Source: Squalus acanthias (lineage: Eukaryota). From it: DNA of 64,000 nucleotides. The position numbers and the translations under genes are program-made. The DNA lies in contig CM059432.1 in NCBI GenBank assembly GCA_030390025.1, positions 248,001 through 312,000 of the forward strand, in the 5' to 3' direction. The stretch's first letter is position 1. The number at the start of each line of letters is the position of its first letter. The notes below the pieces were generated by a model that did not search any database, was not told where the DNA came from, and saw nothing but the letters and a program-made list of their open reading frames with translations. Of this stretch, positions 52,350-64,000 are shown piece after piece.

Positions 52350-53555
52350 AAGCTCTGTTGTGTTTTTAAATCTAATATAAACAAGGAATCATGGATAACA
52401 TGACAGATTTGGCATATTTGCGTGTATATGTATGTGCGTGTGCGTGTCTGTATGTGCATAGCAACATAGGAACAGAAGGAGGCCATTCAGCCCCTCGAGC
52501 CTGTTCCACCATTCAATTAGATCACGGCTGATCTGTACCTTAACTCCATCTACCCGCCTTGGTTCCGTGTCCCTTAATACCCTTACCCAACAAAAATCTT
52601 TCAATCTCAGTTTTGAAATTTTCAATTGACCCCCAGCCTCAACAGCTTTTTGGGGGAGAGAGTTCCAGATTTCCACTACCCTTTGTGTGAAGTGCTTCCT
52701 GACATCACCCCTGAACGGCCTGGCTCTAATTTGAGGGTTATGGCCCCTTGTTCTGGACTCCCCCCCCCCCCCGCCCACCAGAGGAAATAGTTTCTCTCTA
52801 TCCACCCTATCAAGAGGAACAAGGGCACAGAATGTACTCTGGGTGGCGGACTTCAATATCCATCACCAAGAGTGGCTCGGTAGCACCACTACGGACCATG
52901 CTGGCCAAGTCCTGAAGGACACAGCTGCCAGTCTGGGCCTGCGACAGGTGGTGAGAGAACCAACACAAGGGAAAAACCTACTTGACCTCGTCCTCACCAA
53001 TCTACGTGTCGCAGATGCATCTGTCCATGACAGTATTGGTAGAAGTGACCACCGCACAGTCATTGTGGAGACAATGTCCCGTCTTCGCACTGAGGACACC
53101 CTCCATCGTGTTGTGTGGCACTACCACCATGCTAAATGGGATAGATTCAGAACAGATCTAGCAGCTCAAAACTGGGCATCTATGAGACACTGTGGGCCAT
53201 CAGCAGCAGCAGCAGAATTGTATTCCACCACAATCTGTAACCTCATGGCCCGGCATATCCCTCACTCTACCATTTCCATCAAGCCAGGGGCCAACCTTGG
53301 TTCAATAAGGAGTGTAGAAGAGCATGCCAGGAGCAGCACCAGGCATACCTAAAAATGCAGTGCCAACCTTTGGAAGCTGCAACACAGGACTACATACATG
53401 CTAAAAAGCGGAAGCAGCATGCTATAGACAGAGCTAAGTGATCCCACAATCAACGGATCAGATCAAAGCTCTGCAGTCCTGCCACATCTAGTCATGAAGG
53501 GTGGTGGACCATTAAACTAATGGGAGGAGGAGGTTCCATGAATATATTTTTTTAA

Positions 53556-54133
53556 ATTTGATTTTATGGGATGTGGGCGTCACTGGCAAGGCCAGCATTT
53601 ATTGCCCATCCCTAATTGCCCTTGAGAAGGTGGTGGTGAGACGCCTTCTTGAACCGCTGCAGTCCGTGTGGTGAAGGTGCTCCCACAGTGCTGTTAGGGA
53701 GGGAGCTCCAGGATTTTGACCCAGCGACGATGAAGGATCGCCGATATATTTCCAAGTCAGCATGGTGTGTGACTTGGAGGGGAACTTGGAGGTGGTGGTG
53801 TTCCCATGCGCCTGCTGCCCTTCGGCAGCACCTCCCAAACCCGTGACCTCTGCCACCTAGAAAGACAAGGGCAGCAGGCGCATGGGAACACCACCACCTC
53901 CAAGTTCCCCTCCAAGTCACACACCACCCTGACTTGGAAGTATATCGCCGATCCTTCATCGTCGCTGGTTCAAAATCCTGGAACTCCCTCCCTAACAGCA
54001 TTGTGGGAGTACCTTCACCACACGGACTGCAGCGGTTCAAGAAGGCAGCTCACCACCACCTTCTAAAGGGCAATTAGGGATGGGCAATAAATGCTGGCCT
54101 TGCCAGCGACGCCCACATCCCATAAAATCAAAT
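53556..54133. repeat. Fold-back inverted repeat of a LINE-B 3' end (arms ~267 bp, spacer ~43 bp)
   Basis: ATTTGATTTTATGGGATGTGGGCGT at the left end and ACGCCCACATCCCATAAAATCAAAT at the right end. Confidence 0.9.
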
Positions 54134-54795
54134 CACTGGAAGCTGGTGGACAGATGCAAAAAATAATCAAAAGGGTGAATGGAATGTTGGCCTTTATCTC
54201 AGGGGCGGGATTACAAAGGGGAGGAAGTGATGCTTCAGCTGTACAGAGCTCTGGTTAGACCCCAATCGAGTAACTGGGTTCAGTTCTGGGCCCCGCACCT
54301 CAGGAAGGATATAATGGCCTTGGAGGGGGAGCAGCGCAGATTCACCAGAATGATACCAGGGCTGAAAGGGTTAAATTACGAGGACAGGTTGCACAGACTA
54401 GGCTTGTATTCCCTCGAGTGTAGAAGATTAAGGGGTGATCTAATCGAGGTGTTTAAGATGATGAAAGGAGTTGATCAGGTAGAGAGAGAGAAACTATTTC
54501 CTCTGGTGGGGGGAGTCCAGAACAAGGGGGCATCACCTTAAAATTAGAGCCAGGCCGTTCAGGGGTGATGTCAGGAAGCACTTCTTCACACAAAGGGTGG
54601 TGGAAATCTGGAACTCTCTCCCCCATAAAAGCTGTCGAGGCTGGGGGGTCAATTGGAGCTTTCAAGACTGAGATCGATAGGTTTTGGTTGTGTGAGGGAT
54701 TATGGAGCCAAGGCGGGTAAATGGAGTTAAGGTGCAGATCAGCCATTGAATGGCGGAACAGGCTCAAGGGACCGAACGGCCAATTGATGTTCCTG
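54130..54795 (+). mobile_element. CR1 3' portion, uninterrupted paralog of the CR1 in the duplicated unit
   Basis: ORF 54179-54541; lacks both the LTR and the LINE-B insertions. Confidence 0.88.
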
Positions 54796-54835
54796 TGCTC
54801 GTGAAGTGGCTGGTGATTGCTCTCTCCTAGCAAAA

Positions 54836-55012
54836 AAACCTCTCCCCGCGAGCGTTCCCATCCCCCTTCACTGATTGCACCGTCTGCCGCTCCTACACAC
54901 GGCACCCTCCTGTGCTTGAGTTTTCTTCCATATAAGGTATGGAATGCCGAGTGTACCTGCAGCTTACGCTGGGACAGGCTCCTGCCCCGAGGCGCTCTCA
55001 GTGTAGCAACTT
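54836..55012 (-). promoter_or_regulatory. Conserved MCAT+CArG module, copy 3
   Basis: CCATATAAGG 54928-54937, TGGAATG 54940-54946; 54844-54987 is the exact reverse complement of 39614-39757. Confidence 0.65.
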
Positions 55013-55092
55013 GTGTTCACGTGTCATCGTTCCTTGTTCACGGTGCTTTTAGAGACTCCAACCTCTTTGGGATTGTCTTGCATAGGTTTCCA

Positions 55093-55717
55093 TAGAATCA
55101 GAGAAGTTTACGGCACAGAAGGAGGCCATTCGGCCCATCGTGTCTGAGCCGGCCGACAAAGAGCTCTCCAGCCTAATCCCACTTTCCAGTTCTTGGTCCG
55201 TAGCCCTGTAGGTTACGGCACTTCAAGTGTATATCCAAGTACTTTTTAAATGTGGTTAGGGTTCCTGCCTCTACCACCCTTTCAGGCAGAGAGTTCCAGA
55301 CCCCCACTACCCTCTGGGTGAAGAAATTTCCCCTCAAATCCCCTCTAAACCTTCCACCAATTACTTTAAATCTGTGCCCCTTGGTTTTTGACCCCTCTGC
55401 TAAGGGAAATAGGTCCTTTCTATCCACTTTATCTATGCCCCTCATAATTTTATACACCTCAATAAGGTCTCCCCTCAGCCTCCTCTGTTCCAAGGAAAAC
55501 AGACCCAGCCTATCCAGTCTTTCCTCATAGCTAAGATTCTCGACTCCCGGCAACATCCTTGTAAATCTCCTCTGTACCCTCTCTAGTGCAATCACATCTT
55601 TCCTGTAATGTGGTGACCAGAACTGCACGCAGTACTCTAGCTGAGGCCTAACTAGTGTTTTATACAGTTGAAGCATAACCCCCCTGCTCTTGTATTCTAT
55701 GCCACGGCTAATAAAGG
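55093..55717 (-). mobile_element. CR1 3' portion
   Basis: ORF 55173-55676 LYKTLVRPQLEYCVQFWSP... Confidence 0.9.
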
Positions 55718-55861
55718 AGGTGGGGGTGGGGGATGGGGATTTGCCTCCTGTTCCAGTTCCAGCAGGATTTGCGCGCTGCGCTGGGATAATATAACCTTCT
55801 CCGGAGCCCGCACCCTTGGCCCAAGTATCTAGTTCATCCCATCACAGCTTTCGATTCCGAA

Positions 55862-57402
55862 GAACTTGCATTTATGTAGCACCCAATGATCCCTCTTATT
55901 TTTTTTGGTGCGCTGGTCCCTTTAACTGGCTGCGCCGCCCAATCAAATCTCCACACAGGCGCGGTTATTCCCATTGGGAAACCGGCGAGCGGCCTGCGCG
56001 GGAACGCCAGACCCGGCACAGCTTAACGAGAACTTCGTAGCACCTTCTCCGGACCTCCCAAACCGCTTTACAGACAATGAAGTACTTTTTGAAGTGTGGT
56101 CACTGTTGTAATGTAGGAAACGCAGCAGCCAATCTGTGCACAGCAAGCTCCCACAAACAGCAATGTGAAAATGGCCAGATAATCTGTTTCGGTGATGTTG
56201 GTTGATGGATAAATATTGGCTCCAGGACACCGGGGGTCATCCAGGATCTTATTGAATGGCGGAGCAGGCTCAAGGACGGTATGGCCTACTCCTGCTCCTA
56301 TTTCTTATCTTCTTATGTTCTTATGATAACTCCCCTGCTCTTCTACAAAATAGTGCCATATACGTCCACCCGAGACAGCAGATGGGGCCTCGGTTTAACA
56401 TCAAAGACGGCCCCTCCGACAGTGCAGCACTCCCTCAGTACTGCCCCTCCGACAGTGCGGCGCTCCCTCAGTACTGACCCCTCCGACAGTGCAGCACACC
56501 CTCAGTACTGCCCCTCCAACAGTGCAGCGCTCCCTCAGTACTGCACCTCCAACAGTGCAGCACTCACTCAGTACTGCCCCTCCGACAGTGCGGCGCTCCC
56601 TCAGTACTGCCCCTCCGACAGTGCAGCGCTCCCTCAGTACTGCCCCTCCGACAGTGCAGCGCTCCCTCAGTACCACCCCTCCGACAGTGCAGCTCTCCCT
56701 CAGTACTGCCCCTCCGACAGTGCAGCGCTCCCTCAGTACTGCCCCTCCGACAGTGCGGCGCTCCCTCAGTACCGCCCCTCCGAACTGCCCCTCCGACAGT
56801 GCGGTGCTCCCTCAGTACTGTCCCTCCGACAGTGCGGCCCTCCCTCAGTACTGCCCCTCCGACAGTGCGGCGCTCCCTCAGTACTGCCCCTCCGACAGTG
56901 CGGCCCTCCCTCAGTACTGCCCCTCCGACAGTGCGGCGCTCCCTCAGTACTGCCCCTCCGATAGTGCGGCGCTCCCTCAGTACAGCCCCTCCAACAGTGC
57001 AGCACTCCCACAGTACAGCCCCTCCGACAGTGCAGCGCTCCCTCAGTACTGCCCCTCCGACAGTGCGGCGCTCCCTCAGTACTGCCCCTCTGACAGTGCG
57101 GCGTTCCCTCAGTACTGCCCCTCCGATAGTGCGGCGCTCCCTCAGTACAGCCCCTCCAACAGTGCAGCACTCCCACAGTACAGCCCCTCCGACAGTGCAG
57201 CGCTCCCTCAGTACTGCCCCTCCGACAGTGCGGCGCTCCCTCAGTACTGCCCCTCTGACAGTGCGGCGTTCCCTCAGTACTGCCCCTCCGACAGTGCGGC
57301 GCTCCCTCAGTACTGCCCCTCCGACAGTGCAGCGCTCCCTCAGTACTGCCCCTCCGACAGTGCAGCGCTCCCTCAGTACTGCACTGGGAGTGTCAGCCTG
57401 GA
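55862..57402 (-). mobile_element. Deu-domain SINE with a 33-bp array (56411-57381), plus inserted MITE and CR1 tail
   Basis: Tail and Deu domain match 31200-31410 and 32297-32420; 165-bp (5-unit) duplication at 56958 and 57123. Confidence 0.85.
55884..56036. mobile_element. hAT-like MITE, copy 2
   Basis: Perfect 8-bp TSD GTAGCACC (55876-55883, 56037-56044); reverse-complement homolog of 29816-29973. Confidence 0.78.
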
Positions 57403-57647
57403 CAATGACAGGAAGTTCGCAGTATAGAGGGCGTGAACCAGGCAACAAGGGTGAGGGATACGTTGTATGAAGTTAGCACAGAGATGTGGTGACTGATTCT
57501 AAGGTTAATGCTCCCAGTGGTGGGCGCAATACTCACACAGATCAGCTCTCAGCACATCACTGGATATCATATCCACGTTGCTGATAGGTGATGCGTCTGT
57601 CTGATTGCGTCACTCCTTGCTGGGAGCGGCATTTCCTGGATCAGGTG

Positions 57648-57965
57648 CGGTGGTGTCGTGGTTTTGTTACTGGCCTAGTAATCGAGAGGCCGAGGCTACT
57701 AATCCATGTGTCAGTTCACATCTCCCTCGGGCAGGTTTTTGAGTATTTGAATTCAGCTTCACAAAATCTGGTTCACTGATGTCCTTTAGATAAGGAGACC
57801 TGCCGTCCTGACCCACTCTGGGCCTATAGGTGACTCCAGTCCCACACCAACGTGGTTGACGCTTCCCTGCCCTCCGAAGCGGCCTAGCGAGACACTCAGT
57901 CGTATCCAGGGCAACAAGGGATGGGCAATAAATGCCGGCTTTGTCAGAGACGCCCACGAATAAAA
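57648..57965 (+). mobile_element. SINE family B, near full length
   Basis: Decayed tRNA-like head, shared body, tail GGGATGGGCAATAAATGCCGGC matching the LINE-B 3' end. Confidence 0.7.
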
Positions 57966-58089
57966 AGAATTTTAAAAATACAGCGTTGCTAAGGCAATAA
58001 TGTTCGGAGATACATCAGATAGGGAGTTTCTGCCAGTTTAATACAGTCACTCACTCACTCAGTGTCCACCTCCACCTCGAGAGGAAAAA

Positions 58090-58490
58090 TCTGCCCCCTC
58101 AGGTGAACGTAAAAGATCCCACGGCCACTATTGGAAGGAGAGGAGCAGGGGGAGTTCTCCCCGGTGTCCTGGGGCCAATATTTATCCCTCAACCAACATC
58201 ACTAAAAACTGATGAAAGGTCTCGACCTGAAACGTTAACTCTGCTTCTCTCTCCACGGATGCTGCCTCGCCTGCTGAGTGTTTCCAGCGTTTTCTGTTGT
58301 TATTTCACTGAAAACAGATTATCTGGTCACTTATCTGATTCCTGTTTGTGGGAGCTTGCTGTGCGCGAATTGTCTGCCGCGTTTCCCACATTACAGCACT
58401 GACTCCACTTCAAAAAGTACTTCATTGGCTGTGAAGCGCTTTGGGACGTCCGGAGATCGAGACAGGCGCTATATAAATGAAAGTCTTTCT
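58090..58490 (+). mobile_element. Deu-SINE 3' part containing a ~95-bp Penelope terminal insertion (58210-58304)
   Basis: CTGATGAAAGGTCTCGACCTGAAACGTTAACT; flanking repeats TCACTAAAAAC / TCACTGAAAAC. Confidence 0.8.
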
Positions 58491-58522
58491 TTACTCCTGG
58501 AAGTGGCTGAATGGGAGCATTG

Positions 58523-58525
<3 letters not shown>

Positions 58526-58554
<29 letters not shown>
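58526..58554. repeat. (TG)n microsatellite
   Basis: Perfect TG run. Confidence 0.95.
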
Positions 58555-59139
58555 CTGCACCCAGCACTGTCCAGACCAGGTACGGCACAGGTTAGACTCG
58601 TTGTAAATCTCTCTCTCCTGTGCTGACAAATGGCCACCGCATTCCTGGGCCTGGAGAAGGTGGATTTTCAGTCCAGGAATTTGGGGCGGAGCTGGGTCTC
58701 GAAGAGACTCCACCCTGTTGGGACCAGCCCATTAACTTTCAGAGCCCTGTTGGCAGAACAGTCTGTCAGTTTTTATTCTTCTCATCCTTTATTGCAGCAT
58801 TTTAATTCCTGGAATTAAATTGAATTGAAATTCTGCCGTGGTGGGATTTGAACTCACGATCTCAGGATTATCAGTCCAGGCTTCCAGGTTACTGTGCCAG
58901 CCTTTGGCGCAGTGGTAGCATCCCTGCCTCTGAGTTAAGAGTATCAGTCCCAGGTTCAATCCCCACTCCAGCCAGTCCTGGAGACTGGAGACTAGAGGCT
59001 GATATCCAGCAGGATCTGTGGGTGTGGGGGAGCCGTGGCCTTTTCTTTCCACCCCCACCCCTGTGTAGGACGAACCACCCATATTGGCTGTGAGTCACAA
59101 TGTTCCCACTGCAGACTAGCCCACAAATCCTTCCACTAC

Positions 59140-59586
59140 TTCAGTTATGAGGAGAGGTTGGAAAAGTTCGGACTGTTCTCCTTGGAACAGAGAAGGTTAA
59201 GAGGTGACCGAATAGAGGTTTTCAAAATGATGAAAGGTTTTGATAGAGTAGAGAGAGAAAAACTATTCCCTCTGGCGAGTGGGTCAATAACCAGAGGTCA
59301 TCGATTCAAAATCATTGGAAAAAGATCTCGAGGGGAGATGAGCAGAATTTTTTTCTGAGTTGTGGGGATCTGGAACACTCGACCTGGAAAGGTGGTGGAA
59401 GCTGATTCCATCAATCATTTTAAAAGGGAGTTGGACGGGTTCTTGAGGATGAGGAGCTCACAGGGTTACGGACAATACGCGGGGATGTGGGACTGAGCAC
59501 GACGGCTCTTTCAAAGACCCAGCACAGGCACGGTGGGCCGAATGGCATCCTCCTGTGCTGTAAGTTTCTATGATTCTGTGATTCTA
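59140..59586 (+). mobile_element. CR1 3' fragment
   Basis: SYEERLEKFGLFSLEQRRLRGD; ATGATTCT tail. Confidence 0.85.
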
Positions 59587-60158
59587 CTTTGCAATGTTCC
59601 CCAGTGGAGGAGCGTGAAGTTACAAAAACAGCAGCAGATCCATCGATTATGAGTTAGGTTTTAAATTCATTCCTGGGATTCAGGCGTTGCTGGTGAGACC
59701 GGCATTTATTGCCCATCCCTAATCGCCCTCGAGAAGGTGGGGGTGAGCCGCCTTGAACCGCTGCAGTCCGTGTGGTGGAGGTGGATGGGCCAACGAATCT
59801 CGAGGAGGTACAGTGTCCTAGACTAGGAACCGAAGACTCGGCTTAGAGGAACACAAATTAGCAGAGAGAAATAATAGGGAACAGAAAAACCAAGAGGAGA
59901 GCAGAATGAGGAAGATGGTGACTGCCCAGCTCTCGACAGATCCCTTTTATAGACACCAGCGAACTCCTCCCCTTAAAGCAGCCAGTCAGCCAACAACCCC
60001 AACCACTTAAACTCGCTCGACATAGAAAGATACAGAGAAAGACTCCCATTTCAACAGCGCCTTTCACAACCTCAGGATGTCCCAAAGTGCTTTACAGCCA
60101 ATGAAGTTCCTTATCAAGTGCACTCACTGTTGTAATGTAGGCAACGCAGCAGCCAATT

Positions 60159-60460
60159 CTAGGACTAGGGGGCAGAGCCTAAAAACTAGAGCCAGACCTT
60201 TCAGGAGTGAAATTAGGAAACACTTCTACACACAAAGGATGGGAGAAGTTTGGAACTCTCTTCCGCAAACGGCAACTGATGCTAGATCAATTGTTAATTT
60301 TAAATCGGAGATTGATAGACTTTTGTTAACTAAAGGTATTAAGGGATATAGGGCAAAGGCGGGTCTATGGAGTTAGGTCGCAGATCAGCCATGATCTCAC
60401 TGAATGGCGGAACAGGCTCGAGGGGCTGAATGGCCTCCTCCTGTTCCTGTGTTCCTATGT
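60159..60460 (+). mobile_element. CR1 3' fragment
   Basis: SRTRGQSLK...VWNSLP and tail. Confidence 0.8.
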
Positions 60461-60461
60461 T

Positions 60462-61119
60462 ACTGCCCCTCCGACAGTGCGGCGCTCCCTCAGTACTGCC
60501 CCTCCGACAGTGCGGCGCTCCCTCAGTACTGCCCCTCCGACAGTGCGGCGCTCCCTCAGTACTGCCCCTCCGACAGTGCGGCGCTCCCTCAGTACTGCCC
60601 CTCCGACAGTGCGGCGCTCCCTCAGTACTGCCCCTCCAACAGTGCGGCGCTCCCTCAGTACTGCCCCTCCGACAGTGCGGCGCTCCCTCAGTACTGCCCC
60701 TCCGACAGTGCAGCGCTCCCTCAGTACTGCCCCTCCGACAGTGCAGCACTCCCTCAGTACTGCCCCTCCGACAGTGCAGCGCTCCCTCAGTACTGCCCCT
60801 CCGACAGTGCGGCTCTCCCTCAGTACTGCCCCTCCGACAGTGCAGTGCTCCCTCAGTACTGCCCCTCCGACAGTGCGGCTCTCCCTCAGTACTGCCCCTC
60901 CGACAGTGCAGCGCTCCCTCAGTACTGCCCCTCCGACAGTGCAGCGCTCCCTCAGTACTGCCCCTCCGACAGTGCGGCGCTCCCTCAGTACCGCCCCTCC
61001 GACAGTGCGGAGCTCCCTCAGTACTGCCCCTCCGACAGTGCGGCTCTCCCTCAGTACTGCCCCTCCGACAGTGCGGCGCTCCCTGAGTACGGCCCCTCCG
61101 ACAGTGCAGCGCTCCCTCA
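60462..61119. repeat. 33-bp minisatellite (~20 units)
   Basis: Same unit as the other SINE-derived arrays. Confidence 0.95.
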
Positions 61120-61209
61120 GGTAGAAGATCAGCCATGATGTTATTGAATGGCGGAGCAGGCTCAAATGGCCGAATGGACTACACTTGCTCCTATTTCTTA
61201 TGTTCTTAT

Positions 61210-61452
61210 TTCAAAGAAGAGCAGGGGAGTTATCTCCGGTGTCCTGGGGCCAATATTTATCCCTCAACCAACATCACTGAAACAGATGATCTGGTCATTA
61301 TCACATTGCTGTTTGTGGGAGATTGCTGTGCGCAAATTGGCTGCCATGTTTCCTACATTACAACAGTGACTACACTCCAAAAAGTACTTCATTGGCTGTG
61401 AAGCGCTTCGTGACGTCCGGTGGTCGTGAAAGGCGCTATAGAAATGCAAGTC
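61210..61452 (+). mobile_element. Deu-SINE 3' part
   Basis: Matches 31285-31410 joined to 32297-32415. Confidence 0.82.
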
Positions 61453-61749
61453 ATTGTTTACATTTATTGGACAGAAAATCTTGGACTAGGATTGTGAAAT
61501 TTCTCTGTAAGAAATCCCCTTTAATCTTCACAACAAGTCTTCAACATAGCACTTCCTCAAATGATTGTTGGTAACTACACATACACCACATACCACTGCA
61601 TTCCCTCTGCCGACATTCTCAATAATTACGTTGAATGATTCCCTGAAATGGATCGAGCTTGCCGTGCCCATTTTATCTCCCTGATTACCCAATCAAAGTT
61701 CTCACTAATGCTATCCTTATAATGGTCTTCAGTTATCGAGGTTTCCAGC

Positions 61750-62286
61750 ACTCTCCTGGCCGGTCTCCCACCTTCCAACCTCCAGAAACTTCAGCTCATC
61801 CAACACTCTGCTGCCCGTGTCCTAACTCGCCCCAAGTCCTGTTCACCCATCACCTCTGTGCTCGCTGACTTACATTGTCTCCCGGTCCGGTAACACCTCG
61901 TTTATAAAAGTCTCATCCTTGTGTTTAAATCCATCCACGGCCTCGACCCCTCCCTATCTCTGTGACCTCCTCCAGCCCCACATCCCCCCGAGATCTCTGC
62001 GCTCCTCCAATTCTGGCCTCTTGAGGATCCCCGATTTCCATCGCTCCACCATTGGCAGCCGTGCCTTCAGCTGCCTGGGCCCCAAGCTCTGGAATTCCCT
62101 CCCTAAACCTCTCCTCCTCTCTCTCCTCCTTTAAGACGCTCCTTAAAACTTCCCTCTTTGACCAAGTTTTAGGTCACCTGCCCTAATACGTGTCTTGGTG
62201 TCAAATTTGTGTCTTAAAATACTCCTGTGAAGCGCCTTGGGACGTTTTACTAGGTTAAAGGCGCTGTATAAATACAAGTTGTTGTG
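61750..62286 (+). mobile_element. L2-type LINE 3' end
   Basis: Reverse-complement homolog of 9126-9680. Confidence 0.85.
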
Positions 62287-62559
62287 CTGATGTGAGGCTA
62301 ACTGGTGAGTCGATGCCTGGGTGTCTTCATTTCCCCTTCGTTGAATGGGCTGTAACACTCACCAACCTCCGGTCCTGTGTTACAAATGCCGACTCCTACG
62401 AGTGTTGTAAGTTTGTTGTTTGTGGTTCTGCTATTTCATCACAAACCACTGTGCTGCTGGGCTCAGTATCATGCCCTTATATGTAGAAGTCACCGTACTG
62501 TGCAACGTCAGGAAACTGAAGTCAATCAATCCGCTAATTTGTTGTAACATTTACCACGA

Positions 62560-64000
62560 AAACTGCCGGATTGTCGTAAAAACCCAACTGGGGGGTCACT
62601 CACGTCCTTCAGGGTAGGGAACTTGCCACCCCCACCCGGACTGAGCCTACATGTGACTCCAGTCCCACTCTACCGAGTTAACTCTTAATTGCCTCTGAAG
62701 TGGCCTAGCCAGTCACTCAATCGCTGCAGAACTGAACCGTGAATTAACCAGACATTGTATCAGAATAAGCCTCAGGCACTCTCAGCCCAGTCGACCCTGT
62801 AAAGTCCTCCTCACCAACATCTGGGGACTTGTGCCAAAATTGGGAGAGCTGTCCCACAGACTAGTCAAGCAACAGCCTGACATAGTCATACTCACAGAAT
62901 CATACCTTTCAGCCAATGTCCCAAACTCCTCCATCACCATCCCTGGGTATGTCCTGTCCCACCGGCAGGACAGACCCACCAGGGGTGGCGGCACAGTGGT
63001 ATACAGTCAGGAAGGAGTGGCCCTGGGAGTTCCCAACATTGACTCCGGACCCCATGAAGTCTCATGGCTTCAGTCAAGCATGTGCAAGGAAACCTCCTGC
63101 TGATTACCACCTACCGCCCTCCCTCAGCTGATGAATCAGTACTCCTCCATGTTGAACACCATTTGGAAGAAGCACTGAGAGTAGCAAGGGCACAGAATGT
63201 ACTCTGGGTGGGGGACTTCAATGTCCATCACCAAGACTGGCTCGATAGCACCACTACTGACCAAGCTGGCCGAGTCCTGAAAGACATAGCTGCCAGACTG
63301 GGCCTGCGACAGGTGGTGAGAGAACCAACACGAGGGAAAAACCTACTTGACCTCGTCCTCACCAATCTACCTGTCGCAGATGCATCTGTCCATGACAGCA
63401 TTGGTAGCAGTGACCACTGCACAGTCATTGTGGAGACAAAGTCCCGTCTTCACACTGAGGACACCCTCCACCGTGCTAAATGGGATAGATTCAGAACAGA
63501 TCTAGCAACTCAAAACTGGGCATCCATGAGGCGCTGTGGGCCATCAGCAGCAGCAGAATTGTATTCCACCACAATCTGTAACCTCATGGCCCGGCATATC
63601 CCTCACTCTACCATTACCATCAAGCCAGGGGACCAACCCTGGTTCAATAAGGAGTGCAGAAGAGCATGCCAGGAGCAGCACCAGGCATACCTAAAAATGA
63701 GGCGCCAACCTGGGGAAGCTGCAACACAGGACTACATGCATGCTAAAAAGCAGAAGCAGCATGCTATAGATAGGGCTAAGAGATCCCACAATCAACGGAT
63801 CAGATCAAAGCTCTGCAGTCCTGCCACATCCAGTCGCGAATGGTGGTGGACCATTAAACAACTAACGGGAGGAGGAGGCTCCATGAATATTCCCATCCTC
63901 AATGATGGTGGAGCCCAGCACGTGAGTGCAAAAGACAAGGCTGAAGCGTTTGCAACCATCTTCAGCCAGAAGTGCCGAGTGGATGATACATATCGGCCTT
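62560..64000 (+). mobile_element. LINE family B 5' portion (SINE-like leader plus APE endonuclease), running off the window
   Basis: NIWGLVPKLGELSHRLVKQQPDIVILTESYL...DRPTRGGGTVVY; 63185-64000 matches 45292-46700. Confidence 0.82.

Larger units (their letters stand above)
43297..53822. repeat. Tandem segmental duplication of a ~4147-bp unit (unique palindrome segment, CR1 3' half, LINE-B with nested inverted LINE-B, CR1 5' half), about 2.7 copies
   Basis: GCCTGAAATGATTGGGCTCC at 44442, 47822 and 51969; repeated identical ORFs in the track. Confidence 0.95.

Noticed and set aside
54905..54965. miR-1/miR-206-like precursor (TATGGAATG in a small hairpin)
   Set aside because: Only about 7 bp pair and the sequence departs from the miRNA right after TGGAATG; MCAT plus CArG explains it better.

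Overview
Repeat-dense vertebrate DNA, most likely from a cartilaginous fish (shark-type Deu-domain SINE plus CR1, L2 and Penelope families). The only host protein-coding gene is an intact, divergent cytoplasmic-type actin on the minus strand (376 aa; coding exons 28860-28985 and 24964-25968; a single coding intron). It has a TATA/MCAT/AP-1/CCAAT promoter with no canonical proximal CArG box. A conserved ~170-190 bp non-coding module centred on an adjacent MCAT (TEAD) site and a perfect CArG (SRF) box occurs three times around the gene (8.5, 39.6 and 54.9 kb); two copies abut unrelated tandem arrays. The region 41-54 kb is a complex inverted and tandem duplication carrying three copies of a ~245-355 nt rod-like palindrome whose mismatches are biased toward G-U wobbles. 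The rest is an 8.4 kb 18-bp satellite, SINE-seeded 33-bp minisatellites (one with a 1221-bp higher-order repeat), nested LINEs and MITEs, a solo LTR, and a Penelope-like element with an uninterrupted RT-GIY-YIG frame and a hammerhead ribozyme motif. Family names come from recalled motifs, not database searches, and boundaries of decayed repeats are approximate.
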